Source of the DNA: Planctomycetota bacterium | Lineage (GTDB): Bacteria > Planctomycetota > UBA1135 > UBA2386 | Length of the DNA stretch: 64,000 nucleotides | Direction of reading: 5' to 3' | NCBI GenBank assembly: GCA_965223545.1 | Contig: OZ245006.1 | Location: 6,400,001 to 6,464,000 of the forward strand | In this document: one piece after another, positions 37,864 through 48,102 of the stretch | Position numbering within the stretch: the stretch's first letter is position 1 | How the letters are laid out: each line of letters opens with the position of its first letter | Position numbers and translations under genes: made by a program | Notes under the pieces: model-generated | Told to the model about the DNA's origin: nothing | The model's database searches: none | Seen by the model: the letters and a program-made list of their open reading frames with translations, nothing else

Positions 37864-39438
37864 TCAGCGCTTCGCGTTCTCGCGCAGCACCTGCTTCAGC
37901 CGAATGCGCAACGCCGCCCCGGACTGGTCGGGAGCGAAGTCGGCAGCGAAGCGAGCGCGCGCCTGCTCGCCGAGGGCCATGCGCAGAGTCAGATCACCGC
38001 ACAGTCGGGCCAGCGCTCTGGCGAGCGCTCGGGTGTTGTCCGGCGGCACCAGCACGCCTTCCTCCCAATCGCGGATGACGCCGTCCAGCGGACCTCCGCG
38101 ATGCGCGACTACCGGCACGCCGGCCGCCATCGCGGCCAGCACGACGACCGGAATCCCCGAGTTGGCCGGCGCGGCGCCGTGCCGGTGCAGTGCCAACAGC
38201 AGCGAAGACTCCGCCAACCGGTCGCGCAGTGCGGGGAACTCGTCTTCACCCGGCTGCCAGCAGTGCGACTCCAAACCGTGATGCTCGAGGCGCTCGTAGA
38301 GGGTGGCGGTGTCCGTCGGCCTCGACCGGGAGGCGATCTCGCGACCGAGCAGCGAGAGGTGCAGGTCGCCGCCGCCGTCGACCACCTGTTTGGTGGCGTC
38401 GGCGATCTGCATCAGTACTGCCGGGTGCACCGGCCGCGCGACCAGCGCGCGGATTTGGCTACTGGCCGGAACCCCGGCCGGCGGCGGCTCGTGGTAGACG
38501 GCCGGCGGCTTGATCGCCAAGTGCTCGATCTTGCCCTGGGCGAGCCGGAGCACGACCTGCGCGGTCTGCTCGCAGTCGGCGACGACGACGCCGGCCCCGC
38601 GCAGCAACGCGCCCGCCAACTCGGAGTCGACGCGCCGGCCGTCGGCGTCGGGGCCGGCAACGGCCAGCCCGTACGGAATGCGCAGCAGGCGGGCAGTCCA
38701 CTGCACCAGCGACGCGCCATCGCGCAGGCCGAAGCCGTGCAGGTAGGAGGGTCGCAGCGCGGCGGCCGCGCGGGCGAAGATCAGGGCGCGCCGGCAGAGA
38801 TCGGGCTGGCTCTCGAGGGAGGTCTCGAGCTCCTCGAGCACCTTCGGCAACCGCTTGGCCCAGTAGCCTCGGCTCAGCCCATGGCCGCGCGGGTCGTCGG
38901 TCAGGGTTCGGCAGCGGCGCAACAGGGCGCGCTCGATCGCGTCCATCTCCCGCGGCGGGCCCTTGCTCCAGGCCAGCAATCGGGCGTCGAAGCCGCCGTC
39001 GAGCAGGTGTTTGGCCTCCCACGCGATGTGGCCGTGCTCGGGAGAGGGGAAGGGACCGGGGCACGCGAGGACCACGCGCCGGCCGCCGCCGCCGCGCAGG
39101 CTGGTCAGGTGGCCGATGGTCCGGTCCGCGTGCAAGCGCAGCGAATGCCAGCCCTCCACCAGCGTCGTGCGCATCTGCTCGAGGCGGGACTCCTGGGGCG
39201 GGCAATCTTCCTCCCACTCCTGGTCGTCGGCCTCGAAGTCGTCCTCGTAGTTGCCTTCCTCGAAATCGCTTTCTTCGTAGTCGCCTTCTTCGAAGTCGTC
39301 TGCGAACGAGTCTTCGTCTTCGGTGCCGACTTCGTAGCCGTCGCCCGCGTCGTCACCGTCGCCGTACTCTTCGTAGTCGTCGACGTCGGCGAACCGATCC
39401 CGCTGGTCGGTGCCCTGCTTGAACCTTGGATGCCTCAT
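37864..39438 (-). CDS. GT4-like glycosyltransferase with a highly acidic N-terminus
   Basis: GIPVVVLAAMAAGVPVV and GVLVPP motifs. First ~85 aa are D/E-rich. Confidence 0.75.
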   Translation of the reverse strand: MRHPRFKQGTDQRDRFADVDDYEEYGDGDDAGDGYEVGTEDEDSFADDFEEGDYEESDFEEGNYEDDFEADDQEWEEDCPPQESRLEQMRTTLVEGWHSLRLHADRTIGHLTSLRGGGGRRVVLACPGPFPSPEHGHIAWEAKHLLDGGFDARLLAWSKGPPREMDAIERALLRRCRTLTDDPRGHGLSRGYWAKRLPKVLEELETSLESQPDLCRRALIFARAAAALRPSYLHGFGLRDGASLVQWTARLLRIPYGLAVAGPDADGRRVDSELAGALLRGAGVVVADCEQTAQVVLRLAQGKIEHLAIKPPAVYHEPPPAGVPASSQIRALVARPVHPAVLMQIADATKQVVDGGGDLHLSLLGREIASRSRPTDTATLYERLEHHGLESHCWQPGEDEFPALRDRLAESSLLLALHRHGAAPANSGIPVVVLAAMAAGVPVVAHRGGPLDGVIRDWEEGVLVPPDNTRALARALARLCGDLTLRMALGEQARARFAADFAPDQSGAALRIRLKQVLRENAKR

Positions 39439-39597
39439 CGTTGTGGGAGTGCCTGGTCAGACATCGGCACCACGGCAGGTTCAACTTGGCCTCCTCGCGG
39501 CTTGCACCGCGATGTTCGTCACGCGACCGGCGGCCCGGCAGCGGTCGGCGGCCGAGTGTCGAGCATTGCGACACTCCGCGACCGGGTTTGGCGCGGT

Positions 39598-40806
39598 TCA
39601 GGGCTGCTGGAGGTGCGCGTGGTACAGCGCCACCGCGCGCTCGGCGATCGCGACGTCGGTCAGTCTGGTCGTCACCGTGCGGCGCGCGGCCTCTCCCAGC
39701 CGCGCCCGCAGCTCGGCATCCTCGATCAGCTCCGCGAGCGCCGGCACGTAGCTCTGCGCGTCGCCGTTGCGCGCCAGCAGCCCGTTCTCGCCGTGCTGGA
39801 TCAGCTCGGGCATACCGCCGCAATCCGAGGAGACGATGGCGCGACCGGCGGTCATCGCCTCGATGCACGAGTAGGGGCAGTTCTCCCAGAGACTCGGGAT
39901 CAGGAAGATGTCGATGGTCTTGAGCACCGCCCGCACCGATGGCAGGTCGAGAGCGCCGAGGTGGTGGAACCGGCTGTGCAGGTTCTTGGCGTGCAGCCGG
40001 GGCACGACGCGGTCGCGCAGATAGCCGAACAGGTCGCGGCCGGCGAGTACGAAATGGACGTGGGGGTAGCGCTCGAGGATCGGGATCGCCATTTCCGCGA
40101 CCAGGTGGATGCCCTTGCGCTCCTCCATGCGGTTGGCGAAGAACACGGTGACCGCGTCGCGCGGGAGCGCGAACTCCCGATGCGGATCGATGCCCTCGTC
40201 GCGGTCGAAGAGCTCCACGTCGATGCCGTTCGGCACCACGTGGATCGGCGCGCGGACACCCATCTTGCTGCGCACTTCCTCGGCCAAGAAGGCGCTGCAC
40301 GAAGTGTGCACGTCGGCTTGGTTGATGGCGATCTGCTCGGCGAACGCGGTCAGCTCCCAATCGGTGCGCGGCACGTCGTAGATGCCCATGATCAGACGCG
40401 CCGGCGAGTGGTACTTGATGGTGGTCGGAATCTGCAGCAGCGTGCTCACCACGGCGCCGTCGCCGCCGCACTCGGGCATCTCGATCATGTCGATCTGCTG
40501 CCGCTGGGTCAGGTGGACCAAGGCTTCGTAGGCGGCGTGCGCGGTCTCGACCCGGGCGCCGAACCACCAACAACGCTTGGCGCGGGCATTGCCGAGCAGG
40601 CGCCGCAGCCAGCCCTCGCGCTGAATCCTCGTCACCCGCACGCCGTCGTGCTCGCTGTCGCTCCGGCCCGGGGAGTTGGCGCCGGCGATCACGTGGACGT
40701 TGTGGCCGAGCTTGGCGAGCGCCCGCGCGTGGTAATACGAGTAGGTGCCGATGCCGCCGTAGCCGGTGTCCGGCGGATACTCGTAGGACAGCAGGGCGAG
40801 ATTCAT
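39598..40806 (-). CDS. Glycosyltransferase family 4
   Basis: YEYPP..GGIGTY, VPNGID and [15 protein letters not shown] motifs. Confidence 0.9.
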   Translation of the reverse strand: MNLALLSYEYPPDTGYGGIGTYSYYHARALAKLGHNVHVIAGANSPGRSDSEHDGVRVTRIQREGWLRRLLGNARAKRCWWFGARVETAHAAYEALVHLTQRQQIDMIEMPECGGDGAVVSTLLQIPTTIKYHSPARLIMGIYDVPRTDWELTAFAEQIAINQADVHTSCSAFLAEEVRSKMGVRAPIHVVPNGIDVELFDRDEGIDPHREFALPRDAVTVFFANRMEERKGIHLVAEMAIPILERYPHVHFVLAGRDLFGYLRDRVVPRLHAKNLHSRFHHLGALDLPSVRAVLKTIDIFLIPSLWENCPYSCIEAMTAGRAIVSSDCGGMPELIQHGENGLLARNGDAQSYVPALAELIEDAELRARLGEAARRTVTTRLTDVAIAERAVALYHAHLQQP

Positions 40807-40984
40807 GCCCGTGTTCTATCGGCTCGGCTGGGGGGCGCGCCATCGCTCGGGGGCGGGGTTCGGGCCGGCCGGCAGCGGTGAGGCGGCTCCTCTTGCCGCT
40901 GCCAGCGCGTCGACCTACACTCCCGCCCCTGACATCCCGGAGCGGTCCGCCGTTGCGGCCGCGACCCACCCCTACGGAGGTTTT

Positions 40985-41203
40985 GTGGCGAAAGAGGAAT
41001 CCATCACGCTCGAGGGCACGGTTATCGAGGCCCTCCCCAATGCGCGCTTCCGCGTCGAGGTCGACAAGGGGCACCGCATTCTGGCGCACGTATCCGGCAA
41101 GATGCGACGCTACTACATTCGCATCCTCCCCGGCGACAAGGTGACCGTCGAGGTCTCTCCCTACGACTTGACGCGCGGCCGGATCACCTACCGCGAGCGG
41201 TAG
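40985..41203 (+). CDS. infA: Translation initiation factor IF-1
   Basis: [19 protein letters not shown]...SGKMR...[20 protein letters not shown]. Confidence 0.97.
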   Translation: MAKEESITLEGTVIEALPNARFRVEVDKGHRILAHVSGKMRRYYIRILPGDKVTVEVSPYDLTRGRITYRER

Positions 41204-41283
41204 AGCAAGAATGGGGGCCTGGCCCGACTGGGGGCCGAGCGCCCGAGTTTGGGCGGGATGTCACGCGCGATCGGCTCGGGCCG

Positions 41284-41961
41284 TCAGTTGAACGGCTTGA
41301 TCGCGTTGCGGTAGCGGTGCAGCTTCACCGGTCGTCCGAGGCTGGGGTCGCGCAGCCACTCGGTGGGCTGCACGCGGAGTAGGCGATGCTCCTTCGTCAG
41401 CAACGTCAGCAGACCGTTCTCGTCGACCGGGGGCTTGCTGTCGGGGGTGATCTTGATGGTTTCGTAGGTGACGCACGTGAGCAGGAAGCGGCCGTGCGGC
41501 GAGACCTCGAGGGACAGCTTGGCGACGTGGTCGGCGACCACGCGCGACGCCCCGTTCTGGCTGCGCACGACGCGACCGCGGGCGTCGGTGGTGTAGGTGA
41601 TCGGCGGGCTCCACAGCGGTCGGATCTCGCCGGTCGACGCGGTCGCGCTCTCCAGCACGCTGATGCTGAACGCGGACCGCCCGGTGGTCGTGTCCACCCA
41701 GGTGCGGTAGCGCCGGTCACCGGTCATCGGGTCGGTGTCGGTGCCGGCGCGGCGCAGCTCGGTGGCGATCTTCTCCAAGAAGTCGCGGTAGCGGGTCTCC
41801 TCGGCGATCTTCGCGCTGGTGCGCTGGTTGGCGTCGGCGACGGTGATGATCGTCTGGTAGCTCGCCAGCAGCACCGCGAGGAACAGCCCTCCAGCGACCG
41901 TGACTTCGGTCAGGGTGAAGCCGCCGTTTGCCGCGGCGCCGCTGCAGGAGTTCCTTTTCAT
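41284..41961 (-). CDS. Prepilin-type N-terminal cleavage protein (minor pilin/pseudopilin-like)
   Basis: G|FTLTE followed by a hydrophobic helix. Confidence 0.75.
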   Translation of the reverse strand: MKRNSCSGAAANGGFTLTEVTVAGGLFLAVLLASYQTIITVADANQRTSAKIAEETRYRDFLEKIATELRRAGTDTDPMTGDRRYRTWVDTTTGRSAFSISVLESATASTGEIRPLWSPPITYTTDARGRVVRSQNGASRVVADHVAKLSLEVSPHGRFLLTCVTYETIKITPDSKPPVDENGLLTLLTKEHRLLRVQPTEWLRDPSLGRPVKLHRYRNAIKPFN

Positions 41962-41998
41962 GTCCCGGCGGCATTGTCGGCCCGCCGGGCTCCCGGTT

Positions 41999-43549
41999 TC
42001 ACCGCTTCGCCGGCTGTGTCTCGATTTCGGACGGTGGGCTCCAACCGGCGTATTCGGCGAGGGCGCCGACGAACGCGTCGACCGCCGCCTTGGCGTCGGC
42101 GGTTGGGCAGGTGAAATTGTTGGTCAAGATGGAGAACGCCAGCGGCGGGCGGCTCGGGTCGGGGCGGGGCACGTAGCCGGAGAGGGCAACGACGCGGCTG
42201 ATGAAGCCGGTCTTGGCCCGCACCCGGCCGGTCGCGGCCGACGCCGGGAAGCGGCGCGCGAGCGTGCCGTCGACGCCGGCGATCGGCAGCGTCGAGACGA
42301 ACAGCGCGCGCTCGGGTGCGCGCCACATCGCCGAGAGCAGCGCCGCCAGCTGGCGCGGCCGGACCAGATTGAGGCGGGTCAGCCCGGACCCGTCGGCGAT
42401 CACCAGGCCGTCGGTGTCCACACCGTGCGCGCCGAGCACGGCCTGTGCGTGTGCGGCGGCCGACGGCATTCCGCCATCGCCGCCCTCGTGGCGCGCCGCC
42501 GCGCGCACCAGCTGCTCGGCATACAGGTTCTGGCTGGCCTTGTTGACCGCGGTCAAGATCGCGTGCAGCGGAGGCGAGTCGTGCCACGCCAGCGTCGCGC
42601 TCGCTCCCGCGGGGTCGCCGGGCGGCAGCTCGTCGCGGTCGGCGGCGCCGCCGGACACTTCGATGCCGGCGCGGCGCAGCTCCTGCACCAGGAGGTGCGC
42701 CGCGTAGCGCGTCGGGTTCTCCACTGAGAGGACCACGCGTTTCGGCTCGGGAGCAGCGGCCATGCTACCGGCCAGCTGAATGTGATTGCGGCCCCGCGCG
42801 CGTTCGACGATCAGCGCCGCTGGCGGCTCGGCGTCGGCCGCCGCGACGGTGACGCTACCATCGACGGTCAAGTAGTCGCTTTCGGGGACCAGGGTCACGC
42901 TCGCCTCGGCGCCGGCGCGCTCGCCCGCCAACAGCACGGCGACGCAGTTCTCGGCGAAACACAGGCCCGAGACCTGCGCGGCGTAGCCAGCACCTTGATA
43001 GCCCCAGGACCAGCCTTCACCCATGATCTCGTCCGGCTGACAGTCGTCGTTGCCGAGGACGCGGCCGCGCACCTCGCGCAGGCCGGTGGCGGCCAGCGCT
43101 TCTGCCCAGCGACGCAGCGGCGCGGTCGGGCCGTCGACTTCGTGGCGGCCGCCGAAGGTCGGGTCTCCGCTGCCGACGATCTCGAGGTCGCCGTGCAGGA
43201 CTCCCTCCCGCACGACGCCGTGCGCGCGCAGCTCGGTGCGAAACACATGGCCGGCTCCCAGGGTCCACAGCGCGACCGCGCTGCTGATCAACTTCATGTT
43301 GGATGCGGTCATGAAGCCGTGGTCCGCGTCGTGCGCGCACGGAACGCTGTCGTCGGCCAGGTCGACGACGATGGCCCCGACCCGGGCGCCGCGCAGCGGG
43401 GGACTCGAGACCAGCTCGTCCAGCGCCGTGGTCAGGGCCGGTGTGCCCGGCGTCCCGCTCTGCGCGGCGAGTGCCGTGGTTCCGGACCCGGTTGGCAGGA
43501 AGAGTGCCGTGGTGAAGGTGGCGACCAGGGCGGTGCGTGGCGCGGGCAT
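41999..43549 (-). CDS. dacB: D-Ala-D-Ala carboxypeptidase/endopeptidase (PBP4, S13)
   Basis: SNMK, SQN, DGSGL and KTG motifs. Confidence 0.92.
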   Translation of the reverse strand: MPAPRTALVATFTTALFLPTGSGTTALAAQSGTPGTPALTTALDELVSSPPLRGARVGAIVVDLADDSVPCAHDADHGFMTASNMKLISSAVALWTLGAGHVFRTELRAHGVVREGVLHGDLEIVGSGDPTFGGRHEVDGPTAPLRRWAEALAATGLREVRGRVLGNDDCQPDEIMGEGWSWGYQGAGYAAQVSGLCFAENCVAVLLAGERAGAEASVTLVPESDYLTVDGSVTVAAADAEPPAALIVERARGRNHIQLAGSMAAAPEPKRVVLSVENPTRYAAHLLVQELRRAGIEVSGGAADRDELPPGDPAGASATLAWHDSPPLHAILTAVNKASQNLYAEQLVRAAARHEGGDGGMPSAAAHAQAVLGAHGVDTDGLVIADGSGLTRLNLVRPRQLAALLSAMWRAPERALFVSTLPIAGVDGTLARRFPASAATGRVRAKTGFISRVVALSGYVPRPDPSRPPLAFSILTNNFTCPTADAKAAVDAFVGALAEYAGWSPPSEIETQPAKR

Positions 43550-43575
43550 TGGTTCGATGGTGGCGACGAGAGCGG

Positions 43576-44679
43576 TCAGTGGAAGTGGGCAACGGGCGCG
43601 CCGACGACGTCGTCGCGCAGGCGGATGCCGAGTCCCGGCGCGTCGCTGCAGGCGATGCGTCCGGCGTCTCGCCGCGGCGCGTCATGCGCGGTGCTGACGG
43701 TGACGTAGCTATTGAAATCGGTCGTGGTGAGCAGCAGCTCGGCCGGCGTGCTGTGGGCGAGGTGGGCGATCGCTGCCGTGGCGACGTCGCCGCCCCAGCT
43801 GTCTTCGATGGTCACCGCGATCCCCAGACTGGCGCAGAGGTCGCGCGCTTGCTTGGCGCGCGTCAGGCCGCCGAGCTTGCCGATCTTGAGGTTGACGGCG
43901 TCGGCGGCGCCGTCGGCGGCTGCCCGCAGAAGAGCCGGCACTCCGTCGATGACCTCGTCGAGGACGAACGGGTGATTCGTCGCCCGCCGCACGCGCAGGC
44001 ACTCTTCGTAGCTCGCGCACGGTTGTTCGATGTAGACGTCGACGTCGCCGACGCCGCGCACGACCCGCAACGCGTCGCCGGACAGCCACCCGGTGTTGGC
44101 GTCGGCGATCAACAGGTCGCCGGGCTCCAGCGCATCAGCGCAGGCGCGGATGCGCTGGATGTCCGTGACCACGTCCGCTCCCACCTTGAGCTGGAACTTG
44201 CGGTAGCCCTCGGCGCGGTATTGCCGCACCCTGGCAGCCATCTCGTCGGGCTCTTGCTGCGAGATGGCGCGGTAGAGAGGCACTGACTCGACGTGACGGC
44301 CTCCGAGCAGCGCGCAGGTGGGCATCCCGGTGGCCTGCCCCAGCAGATCCCAGCAGGCGACGTCGATCGCGGACTTGGCGTAGGGATGACCTTTCAGCAC
44401 TCGGTCCAGCACGTGTGCGACGCGCTCGGGTTGGGTGGGGTCGAGGCCGAGCACATGCGGCGCGAGCTCGGCGATTCCCGCGCGCGCTCCCGCCGCGTAC
44501 GCCGGCAGGTAGGCCGGCCCGAGTGGACACACCTCGCCGACTCCGCGCAGCCCGGTCTCGGTGGTCAGTCGGACGATCGTCGCGTCGAACACGTCGACCG
44601 CCTTGCCGCCAGACCAGGCATAGCGCCCCTCGTGCAACGGCAGGTCGACCTGGAACACCTCGATCTCGCGGATGTGCAT
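43576..44679 (-). CDS. Enolase superfamily MR/MLE enzyme (hydroxyproline dehydratase / betaine epimerase-like)
   Basis: GEVCPLG, QLKVG, DAN, EQP, LDE and EDSWGG motifs. Confidence 0.85.
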   Translation of the reverse strand: MHIREIEVFQVDLPLHEGRYAWSGGKAVDVFDATIVRLTTETGLRGVGEVCPLGPAYLPAYAAGARAGIAELAPHVLGLDPTQPERVAHVLDRVLKGHPYAKSAIDVACWDLLGQATGMPTCALLGGRHVESVPLYRAISQQEPDEMAARVRQYRAEGYRKFQLKVGADVVTDIQRIRACADALEPGDLLIADANTGWLSGDALRVVRGVGDVDVYIEQPCASYEECLRVRRATNHPFVLDEVIDGVPALLRAAADGAADAVNLKIGKLGGLTRAKQARDLCASLGIAVTIEDSWGGDVATAAIAHLAHSTPAELLLTTTDFNSYVTVSTAHDAPRRDAGRIACSDAPGLGIRLRDDVVGAPVAHFH

Positions 44680-44819
44680 GGCAAGAGCACACTATGCGCC
44701 CCGAGCGACCAGGCGTTGCGGAACGTACGGTGTCTGACTCGATTTTCTCGCTTCCGCCGCCAGCCGCCGCGCGCCTTGCCCCTGACTGCTCGACAGAGTT
44801 GCCAGACGCAGTGACTGGT

Positions 44820-47800
44820 TCACCATTCGGGTGGTAGCGCGATCGAGACCAGCGCCCCGCCGGTCCCCGCCAGCGTCACGGCGAGCGAAGATGCGCGTTG
44901 TGGCTGGCGTCGCACTTCGTAGCGGCCGGGCGGCAGGGCGGGGATGCGCAGGTTGCCGTCGTCGTCGCTGTGGCCGAATGCGCGAGCACCACCCGCTGCG
45001 ACGGTGGACCACAGCCAGACGCCGGTCGCGCGGGCCGGTTCGCCGTCGCGGCGCAGCGCGAGAGTCACCGCGTGCGCGGTGTCCTTTGGCGCGATCGTGT
45101 GCGTGGTGCCCGGCCTGACCGACAGCCAGTCGGTCAGCCGCCACGTCGCCGTCGTGCTGCCCTCGGTCGCCTCGGCCCACAGTCGGTAGCGGCCCGCGGG
45201 CAGGTTGGCGAACGCGAAGCGGCCGTCGGCGGCGACCACTGCGGTGGCGGCCTGCCGACCGAGGCCGCTGTCTGGTGCCGAACCGAGCTCGAACGCCTCG
45301 AGCGACAGCCGACCGATCGCGGTGCGCGCCGGCGGGCGGTCGATGTGGATCTGTCCGTGCAGCATGCCGAGCGCCAGGCGGCTCCCGTCGAGCGTCAGCG
45401 CGGTGGTTTGTCCCTCGGTCAGACGGATCTCGTCGGCGAGGGCGAGACGATTCCACGCCGGGGTCACGCCGCCGATCTCGAAGCGCTCGAGCACGGCCCG
45501 CCACCTGCCGGCCGGCAGCCCGTGAAAGTCGAAGCTACCGTCGGAGCCGACGGCCATCGTCGCGGTGATGCCGACCAGCCGGTCGGCAGTCGCCGCGAGC
45601 TCCTCGACGTGGGCGTTGGGCAGGACGCGCGCCCCATCGATCTCGACCAGCGCGAGGCGGCCGAAGCGGCACCGAGGCGGGGCGTTGGTGATCCGGCCGG
45701 TCAGCCGGGCGCCGTCGGCAACCGTCAGCCGGACGGTGCCGGCCTCGCCGGCGACGTCGGTCGAGAGCGACGGCGCGTGGCCGGGTCCGAGGGCGCGCAG
45801 CGAGTAGCGCAAGCCGCGCCCCGCGCGCAGGGTGACCACTCCATCGCGGTCGCTGATGCCGTGGTCGATCAGGGTCGGCCCGTGGCTGTAGCCGTCGGGG
45901 TTGTCGGCCGGCTCGGCGGGTCGCGACACCGTGTTCCACTCGATTCGAGCGGCGGCGGCAGACCACTCGCGGACCCAGCGCGGCGTTCGCAGCAGCTCGA
46001 CGCGCGTCGCCGCCACCGGTTCGCCGGAAGCGCGCCGGACCTCGACGCGCAGCGGCAGCGCCGGCGGCGCGTTGAGCCGAATGGTCGGCGAGGCACCTGC
46101 GCGGTGGTCGTAGCGCGTGGTCTCGCTGGGTAGAGCGCGCTCGTCCGCGGGGAATGCAGTGATGAAGTTGGCTCCGGCGCGCACGCCGCGCAGCACCGCG
46201 GCGCGGGTCTCCGGGTCGCTGCGCGCCCGCAGGAGTGCGCCGCCGCGCGCGTGCGCACAGCGCACGACGAAGTCTGCGATCGGCGTGCCGGTCTCCGCAT
46301 CCAGCAGCTGCACCGCGACCCGACTGCCGGCTGTCGAGGTCAGCGTGATGGTGACGTCGGTCTCGCCCCACGGCATGACGCGAGGCGTGGGGGCATCGTA
46401 GCCATCGGGTGCGAACACCGAGAGCTCCGCGTGGGGGCCGGCGGACACCAGCTCGGCCGGAGTCAGGCGAAAACGACCGTCGGCGCCGGTCTCCACCGAA
46501 GTCAGGCTCGCGCCGCCGGTCATCACCGTTACGCCGGCAACCGGGCGGCCGGCTTCGTCGACTGCGGTGCCCGCGATCACCCGGCTGCCGGTGCGCCCGC
46601 GCAGCACGATAGTGGCGTGGTGCGGGCCGGGGGCGGCGACGTCGATGGTGACCGGAGCCGCGGTCGTGTGCGGCCACCGCGGCTCGATCCGCCAGCGGCC
46701 GACGGCGAGCTCACCGGCGTCGATCTCGCCGTTCGCGTCGCTACTGCTACCCAGCGCCGGGGTGCGCGGCAGCAGCGCTTGTTCGGGCCAGGCGCGATCG
46801 CGGTGCAACGCGAGCCGCACCCCGAGCACCGGTGCCAGGTCGGAGTCGACGATGCGTAGAGTCACGGCCGTGGCGCGTGGCAGCGCGAGGTCGCCCAGGT
46901 CGTCGCCGCGCACGGTCCCACTGATGTCGACTCGGCCGGCAGCGCTGCCGTGCAGCTGCAAGGATGTGGCGTCGGCCGGCAGCGGCAGCGAGAAGCGGCC
47001 ATCCGCGCCGGTCGTCGTCCGCCCGACGCGCTGCGGGTGCGCGTGGTCCCGCGGAGTGGTCAGCAGCACGAACTCGACGCCCGAGAGCGGCGCCCCGGAC
47101 TCCATCGCGATCGCACGCCCGCGGAGCGCACTCCGCGCTCCCGTGGTCCGCGGCGCGAGCGGACGGCGGTCGGTTTCGGCAGCGACGGCCTCGCCAATGC
47201 CGGTCGGCGCCGCCGCGGCCGGCGTCGCCGCGGCCGGTGCCGCCGCCGACGGCGGCGGTGGCGGGGACCACACGGCCAGCGCCGCAATCAGCAACAGGCC
47301 GACTCCCGCGATCCACAGACTGGTCTTCATCAATAGCAACCCGAACAGGTGAGGCCACGCCGCGGCGGCGGCGCCCGTGGCGCCGGCGGGGGTGTGGGCG
47401 AGGACGCGGCGCCGCATGGCGGCGAGGTCGGCCATGGGAGCGATCACCGCGGTCGCCCCGGCAATCCCTGCCGGCAGCGCGCGCCGCAGATGCTCGAGGC
47501 CGCGCGAGAGCTGCGATCGCACCGTCCCGGCGGGCCGGTCCAGCGCGCGCGCGATCTGCTGTGGGGCGAGGTCGTGCTCGAGGTGCAGGCGCAACACTTG
47601 CGCGGTCGGCCGCGGCAGACGATCGACGGTCGCCAGCAGTTGGTCGCGGAGGTCGGCGGCGGCCACCGCGGCGGCGGGGTCTTCGGCGGTCGAGTCGGTG
47701 CCGCTCACGTCTTGCCTCTGCGCGGTGAGCACCCGCTGGCGGGTGCGGTGTGCCCGCCAACGCCGCGCGTGGTTGGCGGCGATGCCGACCATCCAGGGCA

Positions 47801-48011
47801 GCACGGGGCGGTCGCGGTCGAGTTCGGCGGCGCGATCGACGAAGGTCAGGAAGGTCTCTTGCACCACGTCCTCGGCGGCGTGCGGGTCGCCGGTCAGCCA
47901 CCTCGCCACCCGCAGCAGCTCGCCGGCGGTGGCGTCGAACAGCGCGGCCAGGGCGCGAGGGTCGCCGTCGGCGGCGAATCGGGCGGCGTGGCGATCGGCG
48001 GGCGCGGTCAA
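44820..48011 (-). CDS. ECF sigma factor fused to a TM helix and carboxypeptidase-regulatory-like repeats
   Basis: AEDVVQETF and GTVRSQLSRGL motifs, a TM segment, and repeated TGADGRF beta domains. Start inferred. Confidence 0.85.
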   Translation of the reverse strand: MTAPADRHAARFAADGDPRALAALFDATAGELLRVARWLTGDPHAAEDVVQETFLTFVDRAAELDRDRPVLPWMVGIAANHARRWRAHRTRQRVLTAQRQDVSGTDSTAEDPAAAVAAADLRDQLLATVDRLPRPTAQVLRLHLEHDLAPQQIARALDRPAGTVRSQLSRGLEHLRRALPAGIAGATAVIAPMADLAAMRRRVLAHTPAGATGAAAAAWPHLFGLLLMKTSLWIAGVGLLLIAALAVWSPPPPPSAAAPAAATPAAAAPTGIGEAVAAETDRRPLAPRTTGARSALRGRAIAMESGAPLSGVEFVLLTTPRDHAHPQRVGRTTTGADGRFSLPLPADATSLQLHGSAAGRVDISGTVRGDDLGDLALPRATAVTLRIVDSDLAPVLGVRLALHRDRAWPEQALLPRTPALGSSSDANGEIDAGELAVGRWRIEPRWPHTTAAPVTIDVAAPGPHHATIVLRGRTGSRVIAGTAVDEAGRPVAGVTVMTGGASLTSVETGADGRFRLTPAELVSAGPHAELSVFAPDGYDAPTPRVMPWGETDVTITLTSTAGSRVAVQLLDAETGTPIADFVVRCAHARGGALLRARSDPETRAAVLRGVRAGANFITAFPADERALPSETTRYDHRAGASPTIRLNAPPALPLRVEVRRASGEPVAATRVELLRTPRWVREWSAAAARIEWNTVSRPAEPADNPDGYSHGPTLIDHGISDRDGVVTLRAGRGLRYSLRALGPGHAPSLSTDVAGEAGTVRLTVADGARLTGRITNAPPRCRFGRLALVEIDGARVLPNAHVEELAATADRLVGITATMAVGSDGSFDFHGLPAGRWRAVLERFEIGGVTPAWNRLALADEIRLTEGQTTALTLDGSRLALGMLHGQIHIDRPPARTAIGRLSLEAFELGSAPDSGLGRQAATAVVAADGRFAFANLPAGRYRLWAEATEGSTTATWRLTDWLSVRPGTTHTIAPKDTAHAVTLALRRDGEPARATGVWLWSTVAAGGARAFGHSDDDGNLRIPALPPGRYEVRRQPQRASSLAVTLAGTGGALVSIALPPEW

Positions 48012-48102
48012 GACTGTTCTGTTCTTCGCGCGGCGGGCGGGCGTTGCGGGATTCTCGCAAAAAAGCCAGGCCGCCGGCGCCGCGGTATCATCGGCGGCCG
48101 AG

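Noticed and set aside
37201..40881. 1226-aa plus-strand ORF and other long antisense ORFs (6266-8539, 32969-36094, 54833-57163, 57232-59433)
   Set aside because: These are shadow ORFs opposite motif-bearing genes, expected at this GC content.
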